Part shown: positions 12,835-25,660 of the stretch, piece after piece
How positions within the stretch are numbered: position 1 is the first letter of the stretch
Layout of the letters: each line of letters begins with the position of its first letter
Assembly (NCBI GenBank): GCA_030295235.1
Contig: AP026155.1
Coordinates: 186,001-250,000, forward strand
Length of the DNA: 64,000 nucleotides
From: Fistulifera solaris
Lineage: Eukaryota
Reading direction: 5' to 3'
Translations under genes and position numbers: made by a program
Notes under the pieces: generated by a model
The model's input: only the letters and a program-made list of their open reading frames with translations
What the model was told of the DNA's origin: nothing
Database searches by the model: none

Positions 12835-14061
12835 TTAACATCGCAATTCCACAAAGGAAGGAGCACGACCAAGTCCGTTGGCTTGTCGTTCCGGGCAAAC
12901 TTCAATCGTGTTCTTGATGTAAGCTTGATTGTACCATTCCACCGTCCTTCGGATTCCTTCTCCGAAGGAGACTTGGCTTTTGTAGCCAAGAAGACGATGG
13001 GCTTTCTCACACGAAGCGCACGTGTATGGAACATCACCAGGTTGGTCGGGCATCTGCTTGATCAATGCTTTCTTGCCGGTTTCCTTTTGAACAATATCAA
13101 TAAACTCATTTAATGATGTTCCACTGCCTTTGCCCAAATTGAAGATTTGATAGGGATAAGGCCGATCAATGGCGCGTACGACACCGTCCACGATATCGGA
13201 AATGTATGTGTAATCGCGACTACTGGAACCATCGCCAAACTTTTGAATCTCGAATCCGCGACTGATACGGTCAATGAACTTGAACGGAGCCATATCAGGA
13301 CGTCCGCGCGGCCCATACACGGTAAAGAATCGCAGACCCGATACATTCAGGTTGTAAAGATGGTGGTAGGTGTAAGCGAACAGTTCGCATGCCTTCTTAC
13401 TGGCAGCATAGGGGCTCACTGGATTGTCGACGACTTCGTCTTCGGAGAAATAGGTCGACTTGGAACCGCCGTAAACGGAGGAAGAACTGGCAAACACGAA
13501 GTTCTTGACACCGTACTTGGCAGAGAGTTCTAACAGCAGGGTGGTGCCTTTGATATTACTGTGAATGTAGACGTATGGGTCTTGAATGGATGGTCGGACG
13601 CCCGCTCGGGCCGCAAGATGGCAAACCCAATGAGGTGAATCGACTTCAAAGATCTCTTGCATCAAGTTTTCATCGCAAATGTCACCTTCGTAGATCTTCA
13701 ATCTCTTTCCGTCCGGATAAGCCTCGCGCAAGAGGGCCAAATTTGCCCGTTTCAAAGACAGGTCGTAGTAATCGTTCATTTCGTCAACAATCACGACATC
13801 ATCACCGCGTGCCAATAAGAATTCAGCCACGTGACTGCCGATGAAACCGGCACCGCCCGTTACCAACACTTTCTTGTAACCGTCGTGTGGAGGAACTACC
13901 GTATATTCTTCGTGTGTGCCGAGTGAACCTATCTCGGAGGATTGATCCGATCTGTCGGTCAAACTCATTCCAGGTCTACTGGTGTAGCTTTCGTCATCTT
14001 CGCTGCTATTGAGATGAAGCATGGAAGGAATACTGATATCGGGAGTGATTTGGCTGTTCAT
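12835..14061 (-). CDS. GAE: UDP-glucuronate 4-epimerase (GAE/CapI-like extended SDR)
   Basis: VTGGAGFIGSHV, DEMNDYYD, HLAARAGVRPS, ASSSSVYG, SPYAASKK, LRFFTVYGPRGRPDMA, RDYTYISDIV and QPGDV. Confidence 0.92.
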   Translation of the reverse strand: MNSQITPDISIPSMLHLNSSEDDESYTSRPGMSLTDRSDQSSEIGSLGTHEEYTVVPPHDGYKKVLVTGGAGFIGSHVAEFLLARGDDVVIVDEMNDYYDLSLKRANLALLREAYPDGKRLKIYEGDICDENLMQEIFEVDSPHWVCHLAARAGVRPSIQDPYVYIHSNIKGTTLLLELSAKYGVKNFVFASSSSVYGGSKSTYFSEDEVVDNPVSPYAASKKACELFAYTYHHLYNLNVSGLRFFTVYGPRGRPDMAPFKFIDRISRGFEIQKFGDGSSSRDYTYISDIVDGVVRAIDRPYPYQIFNLGKGSGTSLNEFIDIVQKETGKKALIKQMPDQPGDVPYTCASCEKAHRLLGYKSQVSFGEGIRRTVEWYNQAYIKNTIEVCPERQANGLGRAPSFVELRC

Positions 14062-15293
14062 GTTGACTATTCTTGCGAAAGATGGGTTTATTTTTGGATG
14101 GTGCAGAAAAAAAAGTGAGAGAAGATGAATGAAACGCCGCCTTTCGTTTTTGTACGCGGAAACCGTTTTGTGATGTGGAATTTCCTGCGAGCGACCACGT
14201 TTTTCGTTCCAGTTTCCGCCGCTTCGAACTTGTTCCAGTTGGTTTACACAAAATGGTTCATAGTGAGGATACCGCTACGATGAAACGAAACTGATTGACG
14301 TGCGTGTCGGATGCGTTGTTCGGTGAAACGTGGTCATTTGACTCGGTCATTCAGTCCTGCTTTACGTCATCGTTCTTTCGACTGGCTCATTCGTGACAGT
14401 TTTCTCATGCCGGTGGCTACAGTTAAACATTATAGCTAATATCTGAATATCTCTTTGATTGTACGATTCTCGGAACCCCGGATTTCATTCCAGCGCGATG
14501 ATCGTCACGATTGAAAAACGTGGACGAAATTATTTGTGTGGCGCAGGGAGCAGGCGCAAACAAGACGCACGAATGACGCATATCCGCTGACTGACTCGTG
14601 ACTCGTCGGAACGAGAATGTCCCGAAAACAGTCGCTGTGAGAGTAATGAAAGATCGAGAAGCGAACGAGAAATTGTACAGATTGATTTTTAACAAAAACG
14701 ATTCCCTAATTTTCTTAAGTCTGACTGCAATTGTGACATTCGGACTGATTTCTCCATTGTTCATCTTCATTTTCTCACAAATTGTCCAATGTGGCATCGT
14801 GCTGAGTACAAAGTAAGATCTAGCTAGTGCTAGTAGAGGGCGAGTCCTGAGCCCGTTTCCCAGAGGGAGACACGGGAACGCACCTCTGCTTGGTACATTT
14901 CTCTACGGGGGCTTACGCGAAAGTACACAATTTCCCGCACCGTCCAGTAAATTGCGTCGAAAACTCGAACTTTTTTCCATGGTCAACTTTACTATATATC
15001 CAAATTGTACGCGACGTTTTTTCACGACTGCATTATTTCAGTCATGAATCAATGCCTCTAAAAATAAGTTAGATCTGCCAGCCTAGGAAAATAATTTAGT
15101 CCTTCATAAAATGCTACAACTTACAGCTACATTTGCAATTCCTCTTTCAATTTGCTGACATCGAACTTCTTTTCATAAAAAATGTCCTACCATTGGGCTA
15201 TAGTCGTATGTCTGGGAGGTATTTCCCCACGACTGCATATCAGTCATGAATTATGAAAGCTCGCAACGTCACCTCCACGACATCGGCAAACAT

Positions 15294-15294
15294 C

Positions 15295-15326
<32 letters not shown>
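15294..15326 (+). repeat. (CAA)11 microsatellite in the 5' flank of the oxidoreductase gene
   Basis: Read directly from the sequence. Confidence 0.95.
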
Positions 15327-15358
15327 GATCGATTCGTCTCATCAAACCAGCAGCAAAT

Positions 15359-16482
15359 ATGAGTGAAATCCAGTCCAACAAAGAAGAACAATTTGTATCT
15401 GTCGTTCTCGTAGGATGCGGATGCCCGAAACGATCTATGGGATGGTATCACGCGATGCAAATCATCGATCATCGCGTCATCGGAGCGCGTTTGCAACACG
15501 TGGTAGAACCGTGGTACATGTCTGCCGCTGCCGCTGCGAACGAGGATACGCAAGTCTTTCAGGAATGGCGTCAGCGAATGGAGTCACGGGGAGTTGTATT
15601 TCACGAAAGCGTGGCGACAGTACCGCCCTGCCACGAACTTCGATTGACGCTCTTCAGTGCGCGGACGGCCGACAATCCATCGTTGGTGCACGCGTATTTG
15701 CAGCAACAGGCTTCCAACACACAACAACAACAACAACAATTCATTTTTTTGGAAAAACCCGGTGCACCTTCTGTGGTGCAGTTGCAAAACATGCAACAAG
15801 AAGCCGTCCGCGTCGGCATTCCCATTTACATGGGGTTCAACAAAATGTCAGTTCATACGTGCAAAAGGCCCGGACCATGTCCGGTCATCTTACATTCGTA
15901 CACAACAACAGCTACACACCCGACGATTTGCCGGAATGTTTTGAACGGAATGCGGAAGGTATGCTGTCGAATATGGCCATTCATGAATTGGCCTTGTGTA
16001 TCACCTACTTTGGTGTCACCGTCGATTCCATTGCGCAGGTGCAGGTCGACAAAACACAATCGTCGTGTGAGACACTGATCGGCCCGGCGTCGGGAAAGCC
16101 GTTTACGGATTTCCGTTCCTTGAAGTTTACCATCGGAACCAAAGATGGTCAGAAAGTGTCGATTGCCGCCGATCGGTGTGGTGGTGATGACTCGGTAGCG
16201 ATTGTGACCAACGCCGAGGGTGAGGAAGTGGCTCGTTTTACCATGCCTGACGAAACCACAGTATCCAATATTCCCCATCTGCAGCAACAATATGGAAAGG
16301 ATACTATGCCGTACTTTTTTGCACAAGATCCCGATTACTTGCAATTGAAGCAGTTGTTGGTGAACTACTTGCTGGACAGCGAAAAATCTTCGTTGGAGGG
16401 TGTAGCCACCATTGATGTTGCGATTGAATCATTAAAAGTAGCCGAATATTTGACTCCAATTCTTCAAGAGCAATTGAAGTAA
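15359..16482 (+). CDS. Gfo/Idh/MocA-like NAD(P)-binding oxidoreductase; frameshift near 15843
   Basis: N-terminal VVLVGCG...MGWYH, FIFLEKPG and YMGFNK, then in the second frame NMAIHEL and ESLKVAE. Confidence 0.7.
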
Positions 16483-16992
16483 CAAGTTTAAACCATGAGT
16501 TACATCACAAGCCAGTTTTCGAAACCTTCCTGTTCAAATGTACTGTATCCCCACAATGGAAACTAAATTTTACCTCGATTGGATTTGGTCACGGTTTGTG
16601 TTTCTTGTCAAGGTCCTTGGCTGTCTTTTACAATCCGGTTTCTAGTTCAACAAGTGGATTGGTGACAAAGACACACAATATTTTATCACTAAAATGGTTG
16701 AGAATCTGTCTTATAAGCACGATTATGACGGTTGAGCTGCTCACGTTTGCATGGCCGCTTATCACTCTAGATTCAGAATGGAGTTTCGCCCCCGTTCTTT
16801 GGGGACGACAGTGGTAGAAGTAGAATTGAGTCATGAGTCGCCCAAGCGACCTCGCATCGCGTTTCGATTTTCGATGCGGCTGCGTTTTGACACTAACCGA
16901 TTTTGCCTTTTTTTCTGCTAAGTGCTTTGAACATAAATTCCTAGCATCTATCTCCTATTCCTAAGTACTTCCTTCGATGGTTCAGACAAAGA

Positions 16993-16996
<4 letters not shown>

Positions 16997-17030
<34 letters not shown>
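16997..17030 (+). repeat. (GA)17 microsatellite ending 2 nt before the ATG at 17033
   Basis: Read directly from the sequence. Confidence 0.95.
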
Positions 17031-17032
<2 letters not shown>

Positions 17033-17034
<2 letters not shown>

Positions 17035-18805
17035 GTCAGAGAATAGCGATTTAAGATGGAAAATTGACAAATTGTTGCGTGTGAAGGCTCCTCTTTTCGA
17101 GACGGAACGTAACCTCGTTGCTTTGTTGTTATGGACCCGTACGAATGACTACGCTGACCTTTGGGACGTTCATCCTCATCTGATACCGTGGATAGTACGA
17201 TGGGCTCAAAGATCGTCTTTGTTGCCACTCTTGGGTAGACTTCTGGCGCAAGTCTATTTGCATGCCGATTTGAGCAACACCAAATTGGAACCGTTGGGGA
17301 GAATTCTGTTTGATACCTGGAAAAACAGCGGTGTGATGATTCAAGATGTTCCAGCTGCCGTGTACAAGTGGCTCGAGCAGAAGAAAGATCGAGATGAGTT
17401 TCTTCGGGAACTTGTATTGTGTCGCTTAATTTTCTCCAACCGAACGGGTGAGGATGAGGAGTCGAATCACTCCAACACCGACATCAAGGATAGCGACGCT
17501 GAAGCTGTCTTTCAAGAAACATTGAGACAGCTACTGAATCAGAATAGTTGTTCGAGTGTAACCAGTCAGGATTGGGCATCTCTGTTTTGGAATGACGAAG
17601 GAAAGATATCATACTGGACTCCTTTGCTGCAATGGTGGATTGAGAGCAACAACAAAAGCGACGAGACTTTGAAAAATGAGGAGCAACAATCAAAGCGTAT
17701 TTGGGCCGCCGTTCTTTTTAGAAACTGTCATGAAACACTTGGCTGTAAAGGATAAAGAGAACAGGATGGACTGGCAAGTGGACGACGAAGTGGCACGAAA
17801 ATACGTCAAATTTCTGATGGTGTGTGTTGTGGATCCGAACGATGCCCACGACTCGTCTCTGCGGACCCTGGCTTGGTCCTCCATGGCTATGTCCATCCAG
17901 GCAAGTGGATGGGACTGGATTTTGCACTCATCTGTCACTTGTCGGCTGGGGAAGGCGCATACTATGTGCACGTTCATTCGACTTGCAGCGGGGGGAATGG
18001 AAGATTCAGCTCGAACGATCTCTGCAAGAAGAAACGCTCGCCGAAGAGTCTAGCATTACACTTCAGACTTGTGCTCAGATCATTGCAGATGGATTCACTT
18101 ATTTACAGCAAGTTGCATCGGACGAGGACATCATGCAAAGGTCTTTTTTCACCAGAAGCATCGCTTCATTTGCGGAGGTCCATGGAAGAAGCGATGCATA
18201 CGACTGTAGAATTCTTGACAACAGAAGACGCTGTAAGGTTTCCAGACATTGCGAAAACGGCTGTTCGTCTCTTTTGTCCCTTTTTGACTGAATGGGACAT
18301 TTTTCTTGAAAGAAATACGGAAACCTTGTTGCATGCTCTGGCAATCTCTGTCGACTTCTGCAAAGACGACTTATCCGTACAGAATGCTATTATAGCCGGA
18401 CTGGCAACAGTTCTAGCATCTAGTGAAGGTGATGATTCCAGGATAGATGCGCTAAATCAGTTTCATTTGCTAGACGACCGATTGGGAGACTTCTTGGTCT
18501 CGTGTTTTGATCAAATCGACAATAGTGGAGAAGTCAGTCAGGAAGAGGGAACGCTGCAGTGGTGCAGTCAGATTATTGATTTGTGGACCTCAATGACTGA
18601 AAAACGCAAGATCCTTAGAGTACTTGCGTCTGTCCGGTCATGCCTTGATCGTTCGCTAGCAAAAGAACGAAGCGGAACCAACTTGGATCTTTCTAGCCTT
18701 GCGTTGTGTTACATCACCCTGCAAGGGGATGTTCCGCCGAGCGATGAAGATGTGGCACTTTTACAAATAGCGTCCGAAAGAGCGCAGTTAGAGATTAAGT
18801 CATAG
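17033..18805 (+). CDS. Alpha-helical protein, tentatively neurochondrin-like; about three frameshifts (near 17716, 17992, 18146)
   Basis: The ORF pieces join at homopolymers. Segments ETERNLVALLLWTR, FIRLAAGEWKIQLE, LRRSMEEAMHTTVEFL and AVRLFCPFLTE resemble neurochondrin motifs from memory. Confidence 0.5.
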
Positions 18806-18850
18806 AGACTACAAGCTATGTTTTTGATTCCATTTTATCGTTATTTAGCT

Positions 18851-20512
18851 CTAGTTGGCGGCGTTTTGTGAAAAAATACTTGGTCTGCCATGACCGGGGT
18901 TAGGACCACCGTGATGACGTACTGGGGTAGAATCTGGACCAGCAACTATTCTTTGCACCAAAAGCATCATGGTTAGTCCAGCCATCGGCAGAACAAGGTT
19001 ATCATTCTGCGTAGTGTATGCTTCTAGCAATGTTGTAAAGACAATCGCTGCTATCAAAGCAACAATAATTGACCATTCCAGGTCTTCACGGAGAGACAAC
19101 GCTATTGCAGCATAGAAGACAAGCATGCTACCTGCCATCGCTAAGGATCCCTCCACAGTACGCTGGTAGCCCCATGGCCTTTTACCCACGAGCTTTCCTA
19201 CCACAGCTCCAACAGCATCTCCAACTCCGATCGAGATCAGTCCCCACACTCCGACGAACACTTGCATAATATGCGGTTTCTTCACATTATAGAGGACTCG
19301 ACTGATCCAAAGGGGCGCAGCGCACCCGAGGAGTAGAGCCAGATGAGAAATCACCATGGTAGAAATTTCTGTTTCTCCCTTACTGGCATCCAAATAGTTC
19401 TCGAAAAATTGGGAGACGGGTTTGATGTGCTCACGCACAACTTCCACAAGAAGGAGGATGGACGTGCCCACCGCATAAGAAAGCGTCTGGAATGCGGGTG
19501 CCGATAACGTAGTCGGTAGGAAGAGAAGGACTGCCACGAGGTGAAACCATTTGCGAGAGATAGTTACATCCGCCAGATAGCGTGATGACAACGGAAGCAT
19601 GACAACCAGCACCACGGCATTGTAGACTACCCAAAATATGGAAGAAAACCCCGTAGGAATGAGTTTGTTAACATAGAGCGTCTCTTCCGTTCCTTTCAAA
19701 TAATCTAGAAGCCAAGGAAGAGTCTTTTGAGACGGATAGTTTTTTAGAAACTTGAAAGCATATTTTCGCAATGCTACTTCAATGGTCAAATAGGGTACAG
19801 TGGCAATGATGACAGAGCGAACCCAAACGGACTTGGACGCCCATCGCGCGAAAGAGAATGCTAAAACGCTACCCACGATACCCGCCATTGCCACCAAGTC
19901 GGACAGAGCCGTTTGGTTATTGACAATTCGTTTTAAAGTCAGCTCCGTACAGCCGATCGAAAACAACGAAGTGACGATCATCCATTCTCCCCACGTAAAT
20001 ACTTTGTGTAGAAACGGAGTTGTATGAATCGCGGAATATGTACTGATCCAGCACGTCAAGAAGAGCAAAATATTGGCCAGCTCCCCGTTTGACACACGTT
20101 CCGCATACACGGTCGGAATTAGCAATGTCGCATCCCAGTGTCCCCACGAAAACAAGACGAGGGAAATGGTTTGCGCGTAAGTCGCAAATTTGTCCCTGTG
20201 CAATTTCGTGAGCATGGCTTCCAACAGGACGGGGACTAGCACAATCGCGGCGGCAACACCGTCTCTGTCGGCGGTTGTTGTGGGAGCCACACGAAAGAGC
20301 TTGGGATCGTTCGTGGAAGGCAAGGGTAATTTTCCGTTCAATTTTTCTTCATTGAGCCACCGAATGGCAAAGTGTGCGATACAAATGTAAGCCGTGTGAT
20401 TCCAAGGGTCGCGAACAAGTAAGACAATCACCAACAATAGCCAAATGTACGTTTCGTAGTTGTACAGTAGTCTCTGCTGGGGTGCGCTTATTGCTTCATC
20501 CGTTGTTGACAT
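18851..20512 (-). CDS. DOLK: Dolichol kinase (SEC59/DOLK)
   Basis: Multi-TM protein with FTWGE, SRKWFHL, ISHLALLLGCAAPLW, GVGDAVGAVVGK, RTVEGSLA and TTQNDNLVLP. Confidence 0.92.
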   Translation of the reverse strand: MSTTDEAISAPQQRLLYNYETYIWLLLVIVLLVRDPWNHTAYICIAHFAIRWLNEEKLNGKLPLPSTNDPKLFRVAPTTTADRDGVAAAIVLVPVLLEAMLTKLHRDKFATYAQTISLVLFSWGHWDATLLIPTVYAERVSNGELANILLFLTCWISTYSAIHTTPFLHKVFTWGEWMIVTSLFSIGCTELTLKRIVNNQTALSDLVAMAGIVGSVLAFSFARWASKSVWVRSVIIATVPYLTIEVALRKYAFKFLKNYPSQKTLPWLLDYLKGTEETLYVNKLIPTGFSSIFWVVYNAVVLVVMLPLSSRYLADVTISRKWFHLVAVLLFLPTTLSAPAFQTLSYAVGTSILLLVEVVREHIKPVSQFFENYLDASKGETEISTMVISHLALLLGCAAPLWISRVLYNVKKPHIMQVFVGVWGLISIGVGDAVGAVVGKLVGKRPWGYQRTVEGSLAMAGSMLVFYAAIALSLREDLEWSIIVALIAAIVFTTLLEAYTTQNDNLVLPMAGLTMMLLVQRIVAGPDSTPVRHHGGPNPGHGRPSIFSQNAAN

Positions 20513-21024
20513 GTTTTCTTTATCCTTATTTTTGTGTATACCAAACAAGAACACGGAGAATCAATAGCTTTAAGTCGGCTTTGTGTTTATGATGTATAAA
20601 TCGATGATAATTGATGATTTATCGCAGCATCATTGTCAACAAATAGTCATTCAACTTCGTTTCAAACGCGACAAAAAAGCGACAAGCGACAAGCTTTCTG
20701 TACGTCGTACGCGCCGCAGGCGGTCCGTTCCCAAACGTCACATTAGTGACTTAAACCGTAGGGCCCCGGGAATGATACGAGATCAAAAAATCCGTTTGTG
20801 TTTGAATTCTCGCAGAAAAAAAAAGGCTCGCACGGAAATCACATAGTTCGATGATCCTTTCATGGAATCATTCACGTGTTTGCAATCATTGAGCACTTAA
20901 GATCTTTTACTTGATATTTCATATCCACTTGCAGAAGTTCTCGTTTGACGCCTGACGACTCGACAGGTTACAGTGTGTTATCAACGAGATTTTTCATCGT
21001 TTCCCAGAAGTTGACCTCGGAAAC

Positions 21025-21779
21025 ATGACGCACGCGAATTACGATGATTCCAACGAGAGCACTCCCCGAGCTGATCTTCTTCTTTCTACAACAGGAAAAG
21101 ATCCTACTATGAGTGAGACTACTTGCAGCTGGGAAGGAGGGATGAACAACGATGATGTGCCCACCTTGCTATCCGACGATGATCTTTGGGATCTTATGAG
21201 TGCTGACTTTCTGGATGAACATCCCGACATTGTCGATTTAGATGATTTGAGTCTTCTTCCTGCTCAGATTCTTGCTTCGGGTTCGCAGATATTCCCAGAT
21301 GAAGATACGGATGCCTCTATGGAAGTTGCTACGTCCGATTCCTCAAAAAACGCGTGTCGCGGAAGCGACGTAATTTGGGTTTCGAAGTGTCGTATCCCCT
21401 CAAAAAAGTACCGAAGAACGCGCTGGTTGGGTCCGATTCTGTGCAAATGAAACCAATCAAACGGATGATCCATTATCTTCAAGAGACCCGCGATGAGGAT
21501 GCGAATCTTTACGCCACGATATACAATGTGGTCCAAGAATGCGAACTACGCCATCGTCGCAACGAGAACAAATACCGCCATCTGCCGGGTGCAATATTTG
21601 AGACTTTGGTCGAAACTATTGGTGGTCTAACCTTTCGCCGTCTCTATACGCTATCAAAGACATTTTCCGGTGATGACATCCTGTTCAACAGCAAAGAGGC
21701 CGAGCAACTCGCTACAAAAATGATCCTAACAGTGACACGACTGAGGTACCGGTACCTGCGTCGATCCGAAGTCCTTTAA
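21025..21779 (+). CDS. Hypothetical protein with an acidic N-terminus and a helical C-terminal domain resembling a diatom-type family; frameshift at the A6 run near 21346
   Basis: Two ORFs join at the A-run. The C-terminal part reads MIHYLQE...VVQECELRHRRNE...IFETLVETIGG. Confidence 0.55.
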
Positions 21780-22070
21780 AAACAGCTTTTGCCTACGGTT
21801 TCCAGAAGGCTGCGGCCATGACAAAAAAGGATTGTGTTCGTTTAAAGGAAGACGAAGAGTCTTTTGAGAAAGCAAGTCAGGAGTGCGAGCATGCAGTCTC
21901 CGCCATGAGTGACAAACAGCGTAACGCATTCTGGGATCGTTTTTATCTATGATTATTTCGAAAAGAAGCTGGACGAAGTCATTTCAGATAAAGAAAGAAG
22001 AAACGTAATCCTATATAATATTAACGTTCGAGCCGTATAGTCGAACCAATGATTCATTTTTGCACTCTTG

Positions 22071-25000
22071 TTAGCCCTCAAACATTTGCGGGGTACTCTC
22101 GTTGTCCCAAATAGACACTCCACCATGTGGAATTTCTCCTTTGCAAGTAATACAAGTGCATTGGCAACCTCTTGAGCGTCGGTCACCCAAAAACTTGCGT
22201 GTGACGGCTTCTTACCCACGGCAACAGTAAAGCATTTGGTTGGACGCTCACTGGCAGTCCGAGATGAATTCGAAATTGTAATGCCTTCCATCAGTGATCC
22301 ATCGCTCTTCAAAACAGCTGGCCCTGGTGTAGTGTTAACTTCGTCCCCTTTTTCAGCAAGGAAAGAGAAAACAGAAGTAAACATTTTCTCATCGGAAATA
22401 TCATCTCCAAAACAAGCAACGAAGTCAACCCCCTCGTCAGGCAAACGAGCTTCGGCATCGCGAAGGACATGCTTCAAAACCAGACCTTTGTTCATTTTCC
22501 GAGGAACCACCTCAACTATGCCTTTTAGGGTGACGAATCGGACGTCAAAAGCGCGGAGCTCATTCTCCAACTCGAGTACTAAGTGAGAAGCCTGTAATGA
22601 ACCCCATTCTGGGTCGCATGAGTAATAGGACCATCCAATACTTGAAGAGGTAAGCTTTACAAACGACCCATTTGATCGTGCGGTGTATTTTGAGAGCACG
22701 GGTAAAGCAACCCTCTTAACAGCATCCCAGTCCACGCCAAGATCAAATGTGAACCATTCTCGACTCGTTTGTCCGTCATTCAATGGTGGCGAAAACTTGG
22801 CACCATTGCTCACAGCTAATCCAAGACTGTTCAGATGCCCAAGAGCGCTCATCACGTTCTCTGACGAGTCGCCTGATACAACATATACCAGGTTCTTCGG
22901 ATCTTTGCTAAGAATAGAAAGGGCTTCAAGAACAGCCGGCGGGGGTTTGTTTCCACTCGTTCCCAAAATTTCTCGTTTCAGATATTTGCCTGGTGGTTCC
23001 TTCAGAACAATTGTTCCGTTAAAATCCAGGAAAATGACTCGGCGGTTCGCACAATCGTAGCCCTTTTTGAAGTTGTGAATGCTCAAGTGTGCATATGCAA
23101 TATTATGCTCATGAGCTAAGAAAGAAGCCGTGTTACTGATTATTTCATTGTGCGAAGGCATCGGAGTCCCATACGGTGTTGAAACTTGAGAATTCGTTTC
23201 ACTGACAACTGGACGACGATTTGTCGCATCCCTCAGATCCCTGAGCACGTTTTTTACCCACTTGTCAGACGGACTACTGGATACAAAATCAATGTCACGG
23301 TATCGCCGGCCTTCGCGCTCTTGCATCGTCATCGTCAAGGCCTTATCAATCGTAATAATAGACATCGGAATGTCGTACGGGTTGATTCGGAGAGCACCAT
23401 TGAGAATCGAACTGACGGCCGAGAATTCTGAAGTAATCACCACTCCAGGAATTTCAGGTTCTCTGTGAGCGAAGATGAATTCCATTGGCCATAAGTTCAA
23501 TCCTTCACGAATCGCTGTGCTCATTAGGATATCACTAGCTCTCCATAACGCCATTCTTTGGTCCATTGGCAACGTTGATCCCGAAAATTCTTCGTAGTCT
23601 ATGACGGCTGGGCCGAACTTTTCCTGGATTCTTTTCACCAAAGCTCGTACTTCACGGCAAGTTAGGTCTTCGTCGGCCTTTCGCGAGCCTGGTATCAAAA
23701 GACGCTCGACCATCACAACGTGCTTTTTCCATGACGGATAGTCTTGGAGCAACCTTTCATAGGCAACCAGCTTGAGTGCTGTACCGGATAGTCGTTGCCC
23801 AATATCAAGTCCACCTATAATCATGCGCCCCTCATGCTTCTTCCTCAAATCTTCCGCTTCGGCTTTGACAGATGGAAGCATTAAAACAGCATCGACCATA
23901 CGGGGTTCTAGAGAAACGTTGCTCATGGAAACAAGAACCGTGTTGCCTCGGAAGCCTACGCCAATCAAACCTCCTACCAAAGTATCGTAGTTGAGACCCA
24001 AAATGCGCTTCGTAGCAGTCAGGAAATGTCGTGCATGGTCGAACGCATGAAAGCCAATCACATCGGCGTGTAACATGCCTTCGAGGATCTTCTCTCCAAA
24101 ATCAAGTTCGCGGAAGACCTGACTTGTGGGGAACGGAATGTGCAAAAGAAGACCTTTCGCGTAGCACTGTGGCCAAACTTTTCCACCTCATACTCAGTCA
24201 ACATCTGTGGTAGCATGGAAAGATGATAATCGTGTACCCAAACGATATCTTTGGGGCGAACCAACGAAGCCATACGATCCGAGAAAGTGCTGTTTACCTG
24301 CAGGTATGCTTTCCACCAATAATCGAGTCGACCTTGGTCCCAATCACTTGCACCAATTTTCTTGCCTGGTAACCAGCCGCAGATACTGAGGTCGAGCAGG
24401 TCGATGTTATGAAATGCCGGCCAGAGAACCTGCTTGCAAAACCCATAATAATGAGCATCACGTACTGACTCGTCCAAGAAAATAGGGATGCAGTCCATTC
24501 CTTCTAGGATCTTTCGAACAGCTTCTTTGTCAGCCTCTGACTCAAGAGGCGGATGGGTCGTGACTGTGCCGACCCAGTAGGTTTCAAAATGACTCAAGAT
24601 CTGTGAACCCTCGGTCTTGGCAAGAATACTTTCACTCCAAGAAGCGTTCCATTCTCCACTTGACTCATTCTTGACCACCATGACAGGTAAGTGAAAGCAA
24701 ATAAAGAAGATGCGGTTGTTCGAGCTAAAAGCAGGAGGAGTTGCCGTTCCTCCCTTGGCGCTCGCTCTAGTGTCTTCCATGCGGTAGTCTCCTTCATCAC
24801 TACGGTCAGAAAGCTCTGCCAGATGAGGCTGCAGCTTGCGGCGGTTTTCTGCATTCACCTATGAAGCACAGACAAAAACAAAAATGTAAGTTCTTCGAGC
24901 GCCGATTCAAATAGATTCGCACATTTATGTTTGACGTACCGCATCTCGTATGCGAAAGGCTCTAAAACTCAAATCGTCTGCGTTATCCCACCGATCAAGA

Positions 25001-25660
25001 CGACATCCTTCCACATTGTCTTCCTCAAAAACGGGAGATAGACTGTTCACGTCAATGTCCAAGGTTCGATACGGTAAATTGCGATAATCTTTTTGTGTCG
25101 CTTGTCCGGCACCCACGGAAGAGGAAAGACTCACAGCGGAAATTTCTCCTTTATTATTCTTTCGCGATTTGAACGTATCAAAGGATCCTCCCATTGCATC
25201 ACTGGTGTACTCCCCGTATCCTCATTGCTCGTACTAACAAGCAACGCATTGTCTTCGTCTTCATCGACTTCCACATCGTGCAGAAATCCTCCTGGCGAAA
25301 CCACCATGTACCGGTAGTAATGATGCTGCACCGTCTTTCGAGAGTTGTGTATAACAATAACCACAGGCTTGCGAGTTCTCCAAATCGGATATTCTTCGGG
25401 GGTCGTCACCATTTCTACCGAGCTGGTGTAGAGTGCATTTAGGTTCAGAATACCATGATCTTCCTCGGAGGACACCGGAAACGCACTTTGCTCCACATTT
25501 CCCACCGCAGGGACGGCATCCAGCGGATCGGTGGCTTGCGTCCGGGCGCCCACAGCGTACTTCCTGTGACGCGCAAAAATGAGCCAATGGGAATTTCCGC
25601 ATGACATTTGAAGTGCACGCGGACTACGGCACCCGTAGCATCGTTCTTCGAGGAAACCAT
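22071..25660 (-). CDS. TPS: Trehalose-6-phosphate synthase/phosphatase fusion (CBM20-like + GT20 + HAD TPP); intron 24859-24939; several frameshifts; 3' end approximate (the ORF track runs to 21953)
   Basis: CBM20-like VRVHFKCHAE...LRVTGS...YPIW. GT20 motifs YYGFCKQVLWPAFH, WVHDYHL, HIPFP, DVIGFH, REGLNL, SEF and INPYD. TPP motifs FLDFNGT, VVSG, NKG and GDDISDEKMF. Confidence 0.93.

Noticed and set aside
14423..15290. Short ORFs and a small imperfect repeat (actgcat...cagtcatgaat at about 15027 and 15232) between divergent genes
   Set aside because: No recognisable protein, terminal inverted repeats or target-site duplication. It is probably promoter or intergenic DNA.
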